DNA from: Sulfurospirillum sp.
Lineage (GTDB): Bacteria > Campylobacterota > Campylobacteria > Campylobacterales > Sulfurospirillaceae
Length of the DNA: 54,425 bases
Assembly: GCA_045047115.1 (NCBI GenBank)
Contig: JASFYR010000038.1
Span: 1 to 54,425 of the forward strand
Direction of reading: 5' to 3'
Shown here piece after piece: positions 19,698 through 29,634 of this stretch. Position numbers and translations under genes: made by a program. Position 1 is the stretch's first letter; every line of letters starts with the position of its first letter. Below the pieces are notes generated by a model, which had not been told where the DNA came from, made no database searches, and worked only from the letters and a program-made list of their open reading frames with translations.

Positions 19698-19985
19698 TTA
19701 TTTCATAGGTGGTTGATTTTTATTAAATATATTTAAAATAATGATAAAATTATCTTCCAAGTCAATTTCAAAAACTACTGTATATCCTTTAAAAATCATG
19801 TCTCTAACATTTTCTTCGTCAAAATATATCGATTGTCTGAATTTATACGGGAATTGCGATAACTTTTTTATCTTTTTAAGTAACACTCTTTTGAATCTAT
19901 TGGCAGCTGAGATTTTATCTTGGGCGATATATTCAAAGATTATATTGAAGTTGGTTTCAAATTTACTGTCAAATTTAATCTGCAT
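19698..19985 (-). CDS. RelE/ParE-family toxin
   Basis: IFEYIAQDKISAANRF, FPYKFR and RDMIFKGYTVVFEI. Start set at MQIKF (19985), overlapping the antitoxin end. Confidence 0.85.
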   Translation of the reverse strand: MQIKFDSKFETNFNIIFEYIAQDKISAANRFKRVLLKKIKKLSQFPYKFRQSIYFDEENVRDMIFKGYTVVFEIDLEDNFIIILNIFNKNQPPMK

Positions 19986-20250
19986 ATTTCGATGCAAGCT
20001 TTTTTGCAAAGATATCTGTTTTTTGTTCAAACTCTTCAAAAGAACTTAGTTGACTTTTGCCGTTTTTGATATTTTTTCTAATCTCCAAAAGCTCTTTTTG
20101 TCTCTCGTAAAAGTAAGGATCATCCACAAGTTTTTCATCTTTTTTAAAAGAAACTTCATTTTTGATTTGTATTTTATCTTTATAGTGATCAACAAATGTC
20201 AAAAAATCCTGCAAAAAACTATCTTGAATATTTACCTTTATTGTTTGCAT
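19975..20250 (-). CDS. Putative antitoxin
   Basis: 91-aa ORF upstream of and overlapping the toxin. MQTIKVNIQDS N-terminus and DPYFYERQKEL. Confidence 0.7.
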   Translation of the reverse strand: MQTIKVNIQDSFLQDFLTFVDHYKDKIQIKNEVSFKKDEKLVDDPYFYERQKELLEIRKNIKNGKSQLSSFEEFEQKTDIFAKKLASKYAD

Positions 20251-20389
20251 ATCACACCCTCTTGTTTTTATTCATTGTAGCAAAATTTTTATCAATCTAA
20301 AGTTAATTTTCCTATGTGGTATCGCATCCTTTATTAGCAAAGATAGATTGTACTTGTTATAATCTCCAGTATTCAAAAAGATGTGATTT

Positions 20390-20575
20390 ATGGATAAAGC
20401 AAATAACCAAGAACTATTAAATTTTATCTTAGAAAGTATTGAGATGATAAAAGATAGATTTGAGGGTATTAATAGTAGTGATGACTTCATGTATGATAAA
20501 GATGGAATGATAAAGCTAGACTCTATTTCTATGCGTCTGCAGTCTATCGGTGAAGCCTGGAAAACCCTTAAATGA
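20390..20575 (+). pseudogene. Truncated HepT/DUF86 (HEPN) ribonuclease
   Basis: LNFILESIEMI...LDSISMRLQSIGEA is a DUF86-type N-terminal half. The RxxxxH half is missing. Confidence 0.75.
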
Positions 20576-20648
20576 TAAAAAGTCAAAAGTCAAACCCTGA
20601 TCCCCAATAGATGTAATTGTGAAATAATTAGGTAACTATCCCTTGAAC

Positions 20649-21743
20649 TTATATATCTTTATATTTATTTTGAATAGTTGCAAATATATCGAGATTATTC
20701 AAAAAAAGATCTACAAGTTGCGGATCAAAATGTTTACCACTTTGTTCTTCTAAGAAGCTAAGAATTTTTTCTGATTTCCAAGCCTTTTTGTAAACTCTTT
20801 CACTTCCAAGTGCATCAAAGACATCCGCTACTGCAGTAATGCGACCATATATATGAATATTTTTGCCACTTAAACCTCTAGGATATCCGGAACCATCCCA
20901 TTTTTCATGATGTTCCCTAGCTACGATTGCAGCAGTTTTCAATATGGGTTTATTTGAGTATTTGAGCATATTATACCCTATCTGTGCATGTGTTTTCATA
21001 ATTTCAAACTCCTTTATTGTTAATTTCCTAGGAGCATTTAAAATATCATCGGGAATTCCTATTTTTCCAATATCATGCATCGGACTCGCCATTTGTAAAA
21101 TATCAGCTTCCTTGGAAGATAAGCCATATAATAAAGCAAGTTCTTTTGAGTAAAGAGCAACTCGTTTTACATGGTTTCCTGTCTCTTTTGAGCGAGTCTC
21201 TCCAATTTCACCCATAGCATAAATAATCTCTTTTTGTGTATCTTCAATCTCTTGCTTGAGTTGCACTAATTCCGTAACATCATTGAAGTGGATAAGCAAT
21301 AGGTTTTCACTCTTTATCCCTCTGAATTCAATTTGATACATTGTGTCATTATGTTCATAAAAACCGATATCTGATATATTGTTTTGTATAATATCTTTTG
21401 CATTTTGTATATTCAAAGCCAAAAGACTGTCTATTTCAGGTAATTTAGCAAGAGCAGACCCATTTTCAAAAACAATTTTATCATTTTTATCAAATATAAA
21501 TGTAGGATTTTTTCTGTATTTCGGCAAAAGAGAGGCGTAATAATTTTGCATACTAATTTTATTATTTATTTGAAAAAAATAATAAATAAAGCAAAATTTT
21601 GTATAAGCAGTATAAAAAATGACAACAGCAACAGTTCCAAGTAAAAAAGAGTGTATAAAAAAAGCATATAACATCAATGTAGCGGCAATAATTGCACGGA
21701 TATATGACTCTTTATTTGTCATATTGCAAGTATGTTTAAACAC
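20649..21743 (-). CDS. HD-GYP phosphodiesterase with N-terminal DUF2892-like membrane domain
   Basis: ETGNHVKRV, HDIGK, HHEKWDGSGYP and ADVFDAL. N-terminus CNM...IR..2 TM..FCFIY resembles DUF2892. Confidence 0.88.
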   Translation of the reverse strand: MFKHTCNMTNKESYIRAIIAATLMLYAFFIHSFLLGTVAVVIFYTAYTKFCFIYYFFQINNKISMQNYYASLLPKYRKNPTFIFDKNDKIVFENGSALAKLPEIDSLLALNIQNAKDIIQNNISDIGFYEHNDTMYQIEFRGIKSENLLLIHFNDVTELVQLKQEIEDTQKEIIYAMGEIGETRSKETGNHVKRVALYSKELALLYGLSSKEADILQMASPMHDIGKIGIPDDILNAPRKLTIKEFEIMKTHAQIGYNMLKYSNKPILKTAAIVAREHHEKWDGSGYPRGLSGKNIHIYGRITAVADVFDALGSERVYKKAWKSEKILSFLEEQSGKHFDPQLVDLFLNNLDIFATIQNKYKDI

Positions 21744-21815
21744 TTCACTCCCTTTCGATAAGTGGTATAAAATAAAGCTATAGAATTATAAGCACCTTCA
21801 TACAGCTAGAAAATT

Positions 21816-22910
21816 TTAATAATTTTTGTCCTGTAATATTTGATCCAATATGGAGAAAATTTTATCACTTCCATCTTCCATCTCTTGAAATGCTGATATC
21901 AGTTCATTAAAATTAGGATTTTCCTGAGTTATAAAATCAAATACTTTATGTATGCCATCGTGTACAACAGCATGGGGTTTTTCTAGTAAATTATAATATT
22001 CAGTTTGAGAAAAGCTCTCTTTTCCATCACCTTCATAGTACCATTTGCCAAGTCTACAGCTATGATAATCAACAAATTTGAATTGCTCTTTTTTTGTAAT
22101 TGCCGAGTAATAAGTGTTAACTTTCCATAAAATATGATCAAGTTTTGCAAGCGACATAAATACGCGATCCGTAGTAAAATTTATTGTTTTATATGATTCG
22201 CCAATTTTATTTGCATCATTTTCTAAATTTGAATTTAATTGTACAATTTTATCATTTGAATTATCTATCTTAGTTTGAATTTCAATAAATTGTTCTGAAA
22301 TACTATCTACATCCTGCTTCATCGATTGTAGTGAAATGTTTACTTCGCTTACTGCCTTGTCTGTTCTGTCCGCTAATTTTCTAACTTCGTCCGCAACAAC
22401 GGCAAATCCACGACCATGTTCACCAGCACGAGCCGCCTCAATTGCAGCATTCAATGCTAAAAGGTTTGTTTGACTTGAAATATCTTTGATAAGCACAAGA
22501 ATATTTGTAACATCATTTGTTCTTTCCGAAAGACCTGTCACAGTGATTTGAGAACTTTTGGATAATGCATTTAAATTATCGAGTATATTAACAATTTCAG
22601 AAGTTTGTTGTGAAACATTTGCAAGGCTTTCTACAAGATTTTTTGCTTTATCGATACTCTTTTTAGAAATAGATACTGACTCAGCCATATTAGACTGAAT
22701 ATCAACAATATTGTTTTTAAGGTGAAAATTTTGCATTTTCATTAATTTTTTTGAATCATCATCACTTTTAGAGTTTTTTAGTAATTTTATCTCAAGTTTA
22801 AGATTATTTACTTGATCTATAAGTTCACTATTTTCTTTAGTTAATCTTTTATTTTCGTCGATAACTTTTTTATTCGTATTTTGATAGTTGTTTTCGCCAA
22901 ATAATCCCAC
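21816..22910 (-). CDS. Soluble MCP chemoreceptor with C-terminal CZB domain
   Basis: [51 protein letters not shown] and PHAVVH. No TM segment. Confidence 0.92.
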   Translation of the reverse strand: MGLFGENNYQNTNKKVIDENKRLTKENSELIDQVNNLKLEIKLLKNSKSDDDSKKLMKMQNFHLKNNIVDIQSNMAESVSISKKSIDKAKNLVESLANVSQQTSEIVNILDNLNALSKSSQITVTGLSERTNDVTNILVLIKDISSQTNLLALNAAIEAARAGEHGRGFAVVADEVRKLADRTDKAVSEVNISLQSMKQDVDSISEQFIEIQTKIDNSNDKIVQLNSNLENDANKIGESYKTINFTTDRVFMSLAKLDHILWKVNTYYSAITKKEQFKFVDYHSCRLGKWYYEGDGKESFSQTEYYNLLEKPHAVVHDGIHKVFDFITQENPNFNELISAFQEMEDGSDKIFSILDQILQDKNY

Positions 22911-23209
22911 TATATGTCCTTTATTTAAATTATTTAGTATTTTAAACTATATTTAATATTTGATTATACCCCCCCCATTTAAAATTAACTTAAATTAATG
23001 GTTCAAGTTTCATAATATTTGTCATAATGTAACATTCTTAAAATATCTTACTTGATAAAACAGGCTGTTTAGGGATTTTTTATATTTAAGCTTGGGAAAA
23101 TAAATTTTTAAACTGCTACTATTGGTAACAGTTTAAAAATCAAATCCATTTATCTATGTTTTTTGTGCTAATTCTCTTGTTTTATATAAAATCATTAAAA
23201 CTTTAGTTT

Positions 23210-24421
23210 TTATTTTCTTTTTGTATATTTGCAGTATTTTATTAGGATTGATTTTGTTAAAAACGGACCAATTAGTTCGTGGATTATGGTTGTTGCGATG
23301 ATGATATTTAGGATTATCGGAGCAACTGTCTCAAAATCGGTCATGTCTTGCAAAGAGAGTGCTAATCCGATTGCTATGCCGGCTTGTGGAAAAAGTGCGA
23401 AACCAAGATGCTTACCGATATTGTCATCGGCATTTGAGAGCTTTGAGCCAACCCAAACTCCAACAATTTTACCAATTATTCTAAATACCACATAGAGAAT
23501 AATTGCCAATGGCATTTGAGTTAAAAATGAGATATTTAAATGCATCGCCGAGATTGTAAAAAACAGTAAAAAAATGATGTCTTTAAGATGATTATCAAAC
23601 TCTTTTTTTACAAGGAAAAAATTTTTTGATAGATTAGAAGCTATAATTCCCATTACAAGTGATGACAACAAGGGCTCCAAAGAGAAATACTGACTAACAC
23701 TAAAAGTTATAAATATCATTCCAAGAGTAGAAGTTGTCTTCACTCCCTGATTTCTTTTAAAAACTCTATCGATAATCTCTGAAATAACAGCACCTGCAAT
23801 GCCCACGACAACAGAAAATATCACAGTTTTTATTATATTGATAAACAGATGAGCATTTATAGAACTGGAGTCTATAAATGTTTTAGAAATTATAACAATA
23901 AAGCTGAAAAATATAAGTGCAAAAGCATTATCCATCGCTACAATTCCGAGTAAAAATGAGTTAAATTTTCCTTTTGCTTTTATCTCATGGCTAACTGCAA
24001 GTATCGTAGCCGGGGCAGTTGCAGTTGCAAGTCCACCAAAAAGGATAGATGTTATTATGCGATACTCGTTATTAAAACTAAAGTTTAAAAGATCAAACAT
24101 TGCATAAAAAGAGATACTTATAAACAAAAAGGTGAAGATGGCTTCAAAAAATGAGATTGTAAAAATTTGTTTTAACATATTTTTCAAGATATCATATCTT
24201 AAGTTTGCCCCAACTAAAACAGAAATAAGCGATAAAGATAAGTCGATTATAAAACTGCTACCTTGAATAAACTCTTTTGGAACAAGATTAAGACCGTTGG
24301 GACCAACAATAACACCAAGTATCAGGTACCCAACAACACTTAAAATTCCAAGATTTTGTACAAACACTTTCATAAAAGAGCCAAGTACAAATATCAAACC
24401 AATAATCAGTAGTATTTGCAT
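23210..24421 (-). CDS. Cation:proton antiporter (CPA family)
   Basis: Highly hydrophobic. VVGYLILGVIVGP, ATATAPA, MDN, RIIGK and PQAGIAIGL. Confidence 0.88.
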   Translation of the reverse strand: MQILLIIGLIFVLGSFMKVFVQNLGILSVVGYLILGVIVGPNGLNLVPKEFIQGSSFIIDLSLSLISVLVGANLRYDILKNMLKQIFTISFFEAIFTFLFISISFYAMFDLLNFSFNNEYRIITSILFGGLATATAPATILAVSHEIKAKGKFNSFLLGIVAMDNAFALIFFSFIVIISKTFIDSSSINAHLFINIIKTVIFSVVVGIAGAVISEIIDRVFKRNQGVKTTSTLGMIFITFSVSQYFSLEPLLSSLVMGIIASNLSKNFFLVKKEFDNHLKDIIFLLFFTISAMHLNISFLTQMPLAIILYVVFRIIGKIVGVWVGSKLSNADDNIGKHLGFALFPQAGIAIGLALSLQDMTDFETVAPIILNIIIATTIIHELIGPFLTKSILIKYCKYTKRK

Positions 24422-24485
24422 CTTTATCCTTTATATAGTTTTACCACAAAAGATTCATAAACTGTGCTATATCAATTTAAGGAAA

Positions 24486-25148
24486 TTAAAGCAATCTGTT
24501 CCCTTTTAATTCTTTTAATAGACTTTTTATCAATCTCTTCTTGATCTCTTGTTCATCCAACTCTATTCCAAACTCTTCCAAAGAGTATCCGGCATGTTCT
24601 CTTTCATCTTTTTTTAGGGGGATTGAGCCGTGCTGGAGTATCAGATCTTTTGTTCTTTTTTGGGCATTTCCGCCTATCTTTTTGCCGTTGACTATGATGT
24701 CATATGGTTCAAAGCCCTCCTGACAGAAGGGACTGTGGGAGAGTTGCTCTTTAAATACATCTTTTGCCCAAGCAGGTTTTAAATCAAGTTCTTTGTAAAA
24801 GTTAAATAAAAATCCACAAAGGTACTCATAGCTCTCTTTTACACTTCTTTTCCCTAACATCTGCGTAGGTAAAATTATGGTATAAGAGACATCAAAACCA
24901 TGCAATAGTAAGCCACCTCCTGTGATTCTCTTCGTCCACTCATCACCATATCGTTTCCACTCTTGTATAGCCTCTATCTTTTGGAATCTTCCTATCGTAA
25001 AACAGTTTTTATTCCATGTGTATAGTCTGAAGATTGGCTGGTTATTGCAAGAGAGCAAGAGAGATTCATCTAACGCCATATTTTCTTTTGCACTAAGCTT
25101 TGGCGAGTCGATAAATCTCCACTCTTTTGTGGCTAACTCTGTTGCCAT
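24486..25148 (-). CDS. Lipoate-protein ligase / LipM-like octanoyltransferase
   Basis: NMALDE, FRLYTW, RITGGG..LH, KKIGGNAQ and LQHGSI. Confidence 0.88.
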   Translation of the reverse strand: MATELATKEWRFIDSPKLSAKENMALDESLLLSCNNQPIFRLYTWNKNCFTIGRFQKIEAIQEWKRYGDEWTKRITGGGLLLHGFDVSYTIILPTQMLGKRSVKESYEYLCGFLFNFYKELDLKPAWAKDVFKEQLSHSPFCQEGFEPYDIIVNGKKIGGNAQKRTKDLILQHGSIPLKKDEREHAGYSLEEFGIELDEQEIKKRLIKSLLKELKGNRLL

Positions 25149-26587
25149 CTTATATTTAACTGTCTTGCGGCTTTTGTCTCATCTGCTCTGCTGATAGACA
25201 AAGTTTTAGGAAACTCTTTAAATGCTTCGGGATTACTTTTGGCCAACTCAACCGCATCTATGACTTTTTGACAAAAATAGTCAATAGAGTCTATATTTTC
25301 AGTCTCGCTCGGCTCTATCATGATAGCTTCATGAACTATCAACGGAAAGTAGATAGTTGGCGCATGAAGTCCAAAATCCAAAAGATACTTGGCGATATCG
25401 AGGGTGCTTACATGGTATTTTTTATAAAGTGATTCTGCACTCAAAACGCACTCATGCATGCAATATGTATCATAAGGTACATCCAGATAATCTTTTAATT
25501 TTGAAAATACATAATTTGCATTTAAAACCGCTTTTTTACTTACATTTATCATGCCCTCTCTTCCTAAAGTCTGCATATAAACCAAAGCTTTCAAAGATAC
25601 CATAAAGTTGCCAAAAAACGGCGAAACTCTGCCTATGGTATCCGTGCTTGGTTTCTTTAGAAAATACCCGTTTTCTTTCTCGTATCCAACCATAAGTTCC
25701 GGTAAAAACTCTACCAGATGCTCTTTTACTCCAACAGGTCCCGCACCCGGACCTCCACCACCGTGAGGTGTTGCAAAAGTCTTGTGTAAATTTAAATGCA
25801 CTACATCAAATCCTATATCTCCGGGACGAATTAGTCCTAATATGGCATTTAAATTAGCACCATCATAATACATCAAAGCATCATGCTCATGGGCAATGTC
25901 GCAAATCTCTTTTATGCCGGGATTGAAGAGTCCTACTGTGTTTGGTACTGTCATCATCACCGCAGCCACCTCATCGCTTATGACTTTTTTAAACTCCTCT
26001 ACATCCATAGCACCATTTGCATTTGATTTAACTGTGATGACTTCAAAATCAACCATAGCAGCAGTTGCCGGATTTGTACCGTGTGAAGAGTCAGGGACTA
26101 TGACATATCTCTTTTTGTTTCCTCTTTTTTTATGATAGGCTCCTATTAGCATAATTCCTGTCATCTCTCCATGAGCTCCTGCTTCTGGAGTTAAAGTAAA
26201 AGTATCCATTCCTGTTATCTCTTTTAAATCATCTTCTAGAATCTTCAAGCTCTCAAGCGAGCCCTGCATAAACTCCGTTTTGTTGTTTGTAATATGGTGG
26301 GGATGTAGATTTGCAAAACCATCAAGCGCCCCCACTCTCTCTTCTATTTTTGGATTATACTTCATTGTACAACTTCCAAGCGGATAAAAATTTGAATCTA
26401 TAGAAAAATTCTTTTTTGAGAGATTTGTAAAGTGCCTTACAACATCAAATTCGCTAAGTTCGGGCAGTTTTGCACTCTCTTGTCTAAGAAGTGAATTTTC
26501 AAGTACAGGAGCATCATCAACCTGCTGCTTCGGTAAAGATATGCCGTTTCTTCCAGTATGTGATTTTTCAAACACAGTAGCACTCAT
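25133..26587 (-). CDS. gcvPB: Glycine dehydrogenase P-protein subunit 2
   Basis: PLGSCTMKYNPK, AGAHGE and HLNLHKTFATPHGGGGPG (PLP Lys). Confidence 0.96.
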   Translation of the reverse strand: MSATVFEKSHTGRNGISLPKQQVDDAPVLENSLLRQESAKLPELSEFDVVRHFTNLSKKNFSIDSNFYPLGSCTMKYNPKIEERVGALDGFANLHPHHITNNKTEFMQGSLESLKILEDDLKEITGMDTFTLTPEAGAHGEMTGIMLIGAYHKKRGNKKRYVIVPDSSHGTNPATAAMVDFEVITVKSNANGAMDVEEFKKVISDEVAAVMMTVPNTVGLFNPGIKEICDIAHEHDALMYYDGANLNAILGLIRPGDIGFDVVHLNLHKTFATPHGGGGPGAGPVGVKEHLVEFLPELMVGYEKENGYFLKKPSTDTIGRVSPFFGNFMVSLKALVYMQTLGREGMINVSKKAVLNANYVFSKLKDYLDVPYDTYCMHECVLSAESLYKKYHVSTLDIAKYLLDFGLHAPTIYFPLIVHEAIMIEPSETENIDSIDYFCQKVIDAVELAKSNPEAFKEFPKTLSISRADETKAARQLNIRWQQS

Positions 26588-27915
26588 AATATCTCCTTTA
26601 CGCTGGTAACAAAGTTATCCATCTGAGCTTTTGTCCTCTTTTCAGTCACACTAATAAGCACTCTGTTTTCAAAACCACTATATAAATTATCGAGTTTTAA
26701 ACCTGCAAAAAAGCCTTTTTGAGCCATCTTGTCTAGAAATTTATCACAATTTATCGGCAACTGCACTACAAACTCATTAAAAGTGGAGAGTTGATTGAAA
26801 ATCTTAATACTTTTCAGTTTGCTTAACTCAGTTTTGAGATATTGTGCATTATTGTAGTTTTGTATAGCTAATTTTTTAAAGCCCTCTTTCCCCAAAAGCG
26901 ATATAAATATAGTCGCTCTTAGAGTCATTAGGTTTTGGTTGCTACATATATTTGAAGTCGCTTTTTGCCTTCTTATGTGCTGTTCTCTTGCCTGAAGAGT
27001 CAATACATAGGCTCTCTTGCCATTTCTATCATTTGTAAGCCCTACGATTCTGCCCGGTAGATTTCTCACATACTTTTGTTTGGTCGCAAGTATCCCAAAA
27101 CTTGGACCTCCAAATCCTAGATAGTTACCCAGACTTTGTCCATCACCGCAGTATATATCAGCATCTAGTTCACCCGGAGTCTTCAAAAGCCCCAGAGACA
27201 CTGGATATGCACTCATAATAGCAAGAGATTTGTTTACATGTAGAGCTTTGATTATCTGTGTGTAATCATCGATTGAGCCAAAGAAGTTTGGGTTTTGGAA
27301 GATATATCCGGCTGTTTTGTCGTCTATCAGTTTTTTCAACTCATCAATATCTGTTTTATCACTCTTTGTTGGCATCATAACCACTTCTATATCATGATAA
27401 GCCAGATATGTTTTTACAATCTTTGTATATATCGGATTTACACCGCTGTCTATGATGATTTTATCTCTTTTTGTGATTCTTATAGCCATCAAAGCAGCTT
27501 CTGCCATAGCTGAGCCACCATCATACATAGAGGCATTTGTCACCTCCATGCCGCTCAGCTCACAAATCAAACTTTGATACTCATAGAGTGCCTGAAGTGT
27601 TCCTTGGCTGGCTTCAGCTTGATATGGTGTATAAGCTGTATAGAACTCGCTTCTTCCGCTTAGAGCATCGACTGCTGATGGGATGATATGATCATAGTAG
27701 CCACCGCCTAAAAAACAGATTTTTGAAGTGTCATTTTTATCAGCCATCTCTTTGAAATTTTCATAAACTTCAAATTCACTGAGTCCCTCTTGCAAATTAA
27801 AACTTTTGGCTCTAAGATTTTGTGGAATCGATGCGAAAAGTTCACTCTCATTTTCTATACCGATTTGTGCGAGCATACGGCTCACATCATCTTTTGTATG
27901 TGGGGTATATGGCAT
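26584..27915 (-). CDS. gcvPA: Glycine dehydrogenase P-protein subunit 1
   Basis: FYTAYTPYQAEASQG, NASMYDG and QAREQHIRRQKATSNIC. Confidence 0.96.
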   Translation of the reverse strand: MPYTPHTKDDVSRMLAQIGIENESELFASIPQNLRAKSFNLQEGLSEFEVYENFKEMADKNDTSKICFLGGGYYDHIIPSAVDALSGRSEFYTAYTPYQAEASQGTLQALYEYQSLICELSGMEVTNASMYDGGSAMAEAALMAIRITKRDKIIIDSGVNPIYTKIVKTYLAYHDIEVVMMPTKSDKTDIDELKKLIDDKTAGYIFQNPNFFGSIDDYTQIIKALHVNKSLAIMSAYPVSLGLLKTPGELDADIYCGDGQSLGNYLGFGGPSFGILATKQKYVRNLPGRIVGLTNDRNGKRAYVLTLQAREQHIRRQKATSNICSNQNLMTLRATIFISLLGKEGFKKLAIQNYNNAQYLKTELSKLKSIKIFNQLSTFNEFVVQLPINCDKFLDKMAQKGFFAGLKLDNLYSGFENRVLISVTEKRTKAQMDNFVTSVKEIL

Positions 27916-27925
27916 AAAAATCTTC

Positions 27926-28291
27926 TTAAAGAGTTTCTACAAAAGAGAGGTATGCCTCTTCATTCATCAAAGTTTCAAACTCACTTGCATCCTTAACTTT
28001 TATCTTCAAAATCCAAGTGCCTTTTGCATCTTCGTTTAAAAGCTCAGGCTTATCCTCTAAATCAAAATTTAACTCAACAACTTCACCACTAAGCGGAAAA
28101 TATATATCACTAGCTGCCTTTACCGACTCGATAAACGCTACACCATCACCTTTATTGCCGCTTTGTCCCACTTCAGGAAGTTCTATAAAAGTTATATCTC
28201 CTAGTTGATCTATCGCATACTTTGATAAGCCAACTGTTGCTATATCACCATCCAACTCTGCCCATTCATGTTCATTTGTATATCTTTTCAT
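27926..28291 (-). CDS. gcvH: Glycine cleavage H-protein
   Basis: YTNEHEW, QLGDI and ESVKAAS (lipoyl Lys). Confidence 0.97.
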   Translation of the reverse strand: MKRYTNEHEWAELDGDIATVGLSKYAIDQLGDITFIELPEVGQSGNKGDGVAFIESVKAASDIYFPLSGEVVELNFDLEDKPELLNEDAKGTWILKIKVKDASEFETLMNEEAYLSFVETL

Positions 28292-28444
28292 TTAATTTCT
28301 CCTTTTTTATGGGCAAAGCCCATTAAAAATTCCTCTCACTAAAAGCTTTCACCTTGTGAAGAATTTACCATCTAACTGTTTTTCTTTAGTCCAAAATAAT
28401 TTGGACTAAATTCATTAAACTAAAGCTTCGGCTGTCACCGAAAA

Positions 28445-29515
28445 TTACTTTAAAAATGGAAGTTTTGCTCTATATATAGGCATACTTCCCCTGCCTGTTC
28501 TTAGCTCTAAATCCACATCTTTGTCATATACTTTTGTATCCACAAAACCCAAGCCTATGCCATTTTGTATCGATGGAGAGTATGTTCCACTTGTAACATA
28601 TCCTATCTTTTGTCCATCTTGATAAATCTCAAAACCTTCTCTGGGTGATCTTTTGGAGTTGGTAGTAAAGGCTATGATTTTTTTAGAAATTCCATTCTTT
28701 TTTTGTTTTAAAAGTGCCTCTTTGCCCGTAAAATCATGGCTATCATACTGAACAAACATATCAATTCCTGCCTCAGCAGGAGTTGTCCCTTCATTTAGTT
28801 CGTGTCCATATAGACTATATCCTTTTTCTAGCCTCAGTACATCCCTAGCACCAAGTCCTGCCGGAACTGCTCCCAGCTCTATAAGCTTATCCCATAGTTT
28901 TACTGCTGTCTCATTGCCTATATATAGCTCATATCCAAGTTCACCCGTATATCCAGTTCGACTTACGATTGCCGGAGCATCCAATAGCGTAGTCTGTTTG
29001 AAACCAAAAAATTTAAGCTCACCCAAATCAAATGAGACAATTTTTTGGAGTATCTCTTTGGAATTTGGCCCCTGTATATCTATCTTTGAGGTCTCGTCTG
29101 ATCTATTTTCAAATCTACCGTTTTTTATGTGTGATTTTATCTGTTTAAAATCTATATCGATTCTAGCTGCATTTACCACAAACATCAAATGGGTCTCATC
29201 AAGTTTATAGACTATAAGATCATCTATAACACCACCTTTTTCATTTAGCAAAAAACCGTACTTACACTTGCCAATCGGAAGCTTTACAAAATCAGTAGTA
29301 CAAGCATTGTTGATACCACTGTTTGCGATATCGCCTTCATAAAAAAACTCTCCCATATGTGAGATATCAAATAGAGCCGCAGCATTTCTGCAAGCATTAT
29401 GCTCTTTGATAACTCCAGTGTATTGAACAGGCATTTCCCAACCACAAAAACCGACATTTCTAGCCTTTAACTCTTTGTGTTTATCAAAAAGGACTGTTCT
29501 TTTTAACTCTTCCAT
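28445..29515 (-). CDS. gcvT: Glycine cleavage T-protein (aminomethyltransferase)
   Basis: GWEMPVQY, FDISHMGE, SRTGYTGELGYE and GLGARDVLRLE. Start placed at MEELKRT (29515). Confidence 0.96.
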   Translation of the reverse strand: MEELKRTVLFDKHKELKARNVGFCGWEMPVQYTGVIKEHNACRNAAALFDISHMGEFFYEGDIANSGINNACTTDFVKLPIGKCKYGFLLNEKGGVIDDLIVYKLDETHLMFVVNAARIDIDFKQIKSHIKNGRFENRSDETSKIDIQGPNSKEILQKIVSFDLGELKFFGFKQTTLLDAPAIVSRTGYTGELGYELYIGNETAVKLWDKLIELGAVPAGLGARDVLRLEKGYSLYGHELNEGTTPAEAGIDMFVQYDSHDFTGKEALLKQKKNGISKKIIAFTTNSKRSPREGFEIYQDGQKIGYVTSGTYSPSIQNGIGLGFVDTKVYDKDVDLELRTGRGSMPIYRAKLPFLK

Positions 29516-29634
29516 TGTAACTCTTTGTATTGAATTTTGGATTATTTTAGCCAAAGTTTTATTTTAATTTGATAAAAACAGATGATAAATTCTACTTATT
29601 ATTGTATTACTTTCAAAGTGTAACAAAACTATAC

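Noticed and set aside
20581..20605. AGTCAAAAGTCAAACCCTGATCCCC, REP-like motif at the HEPN truncation
   Set aside because: I saw only one copy and no partner arm in the window, so it cannot be supported.
29516..29634. Possible glycine riboswitch upstream of gcvT
   Set aside because: Short AT-rich region without the GGAGA...CCGAAG...CTCTCAGG aptamer features.
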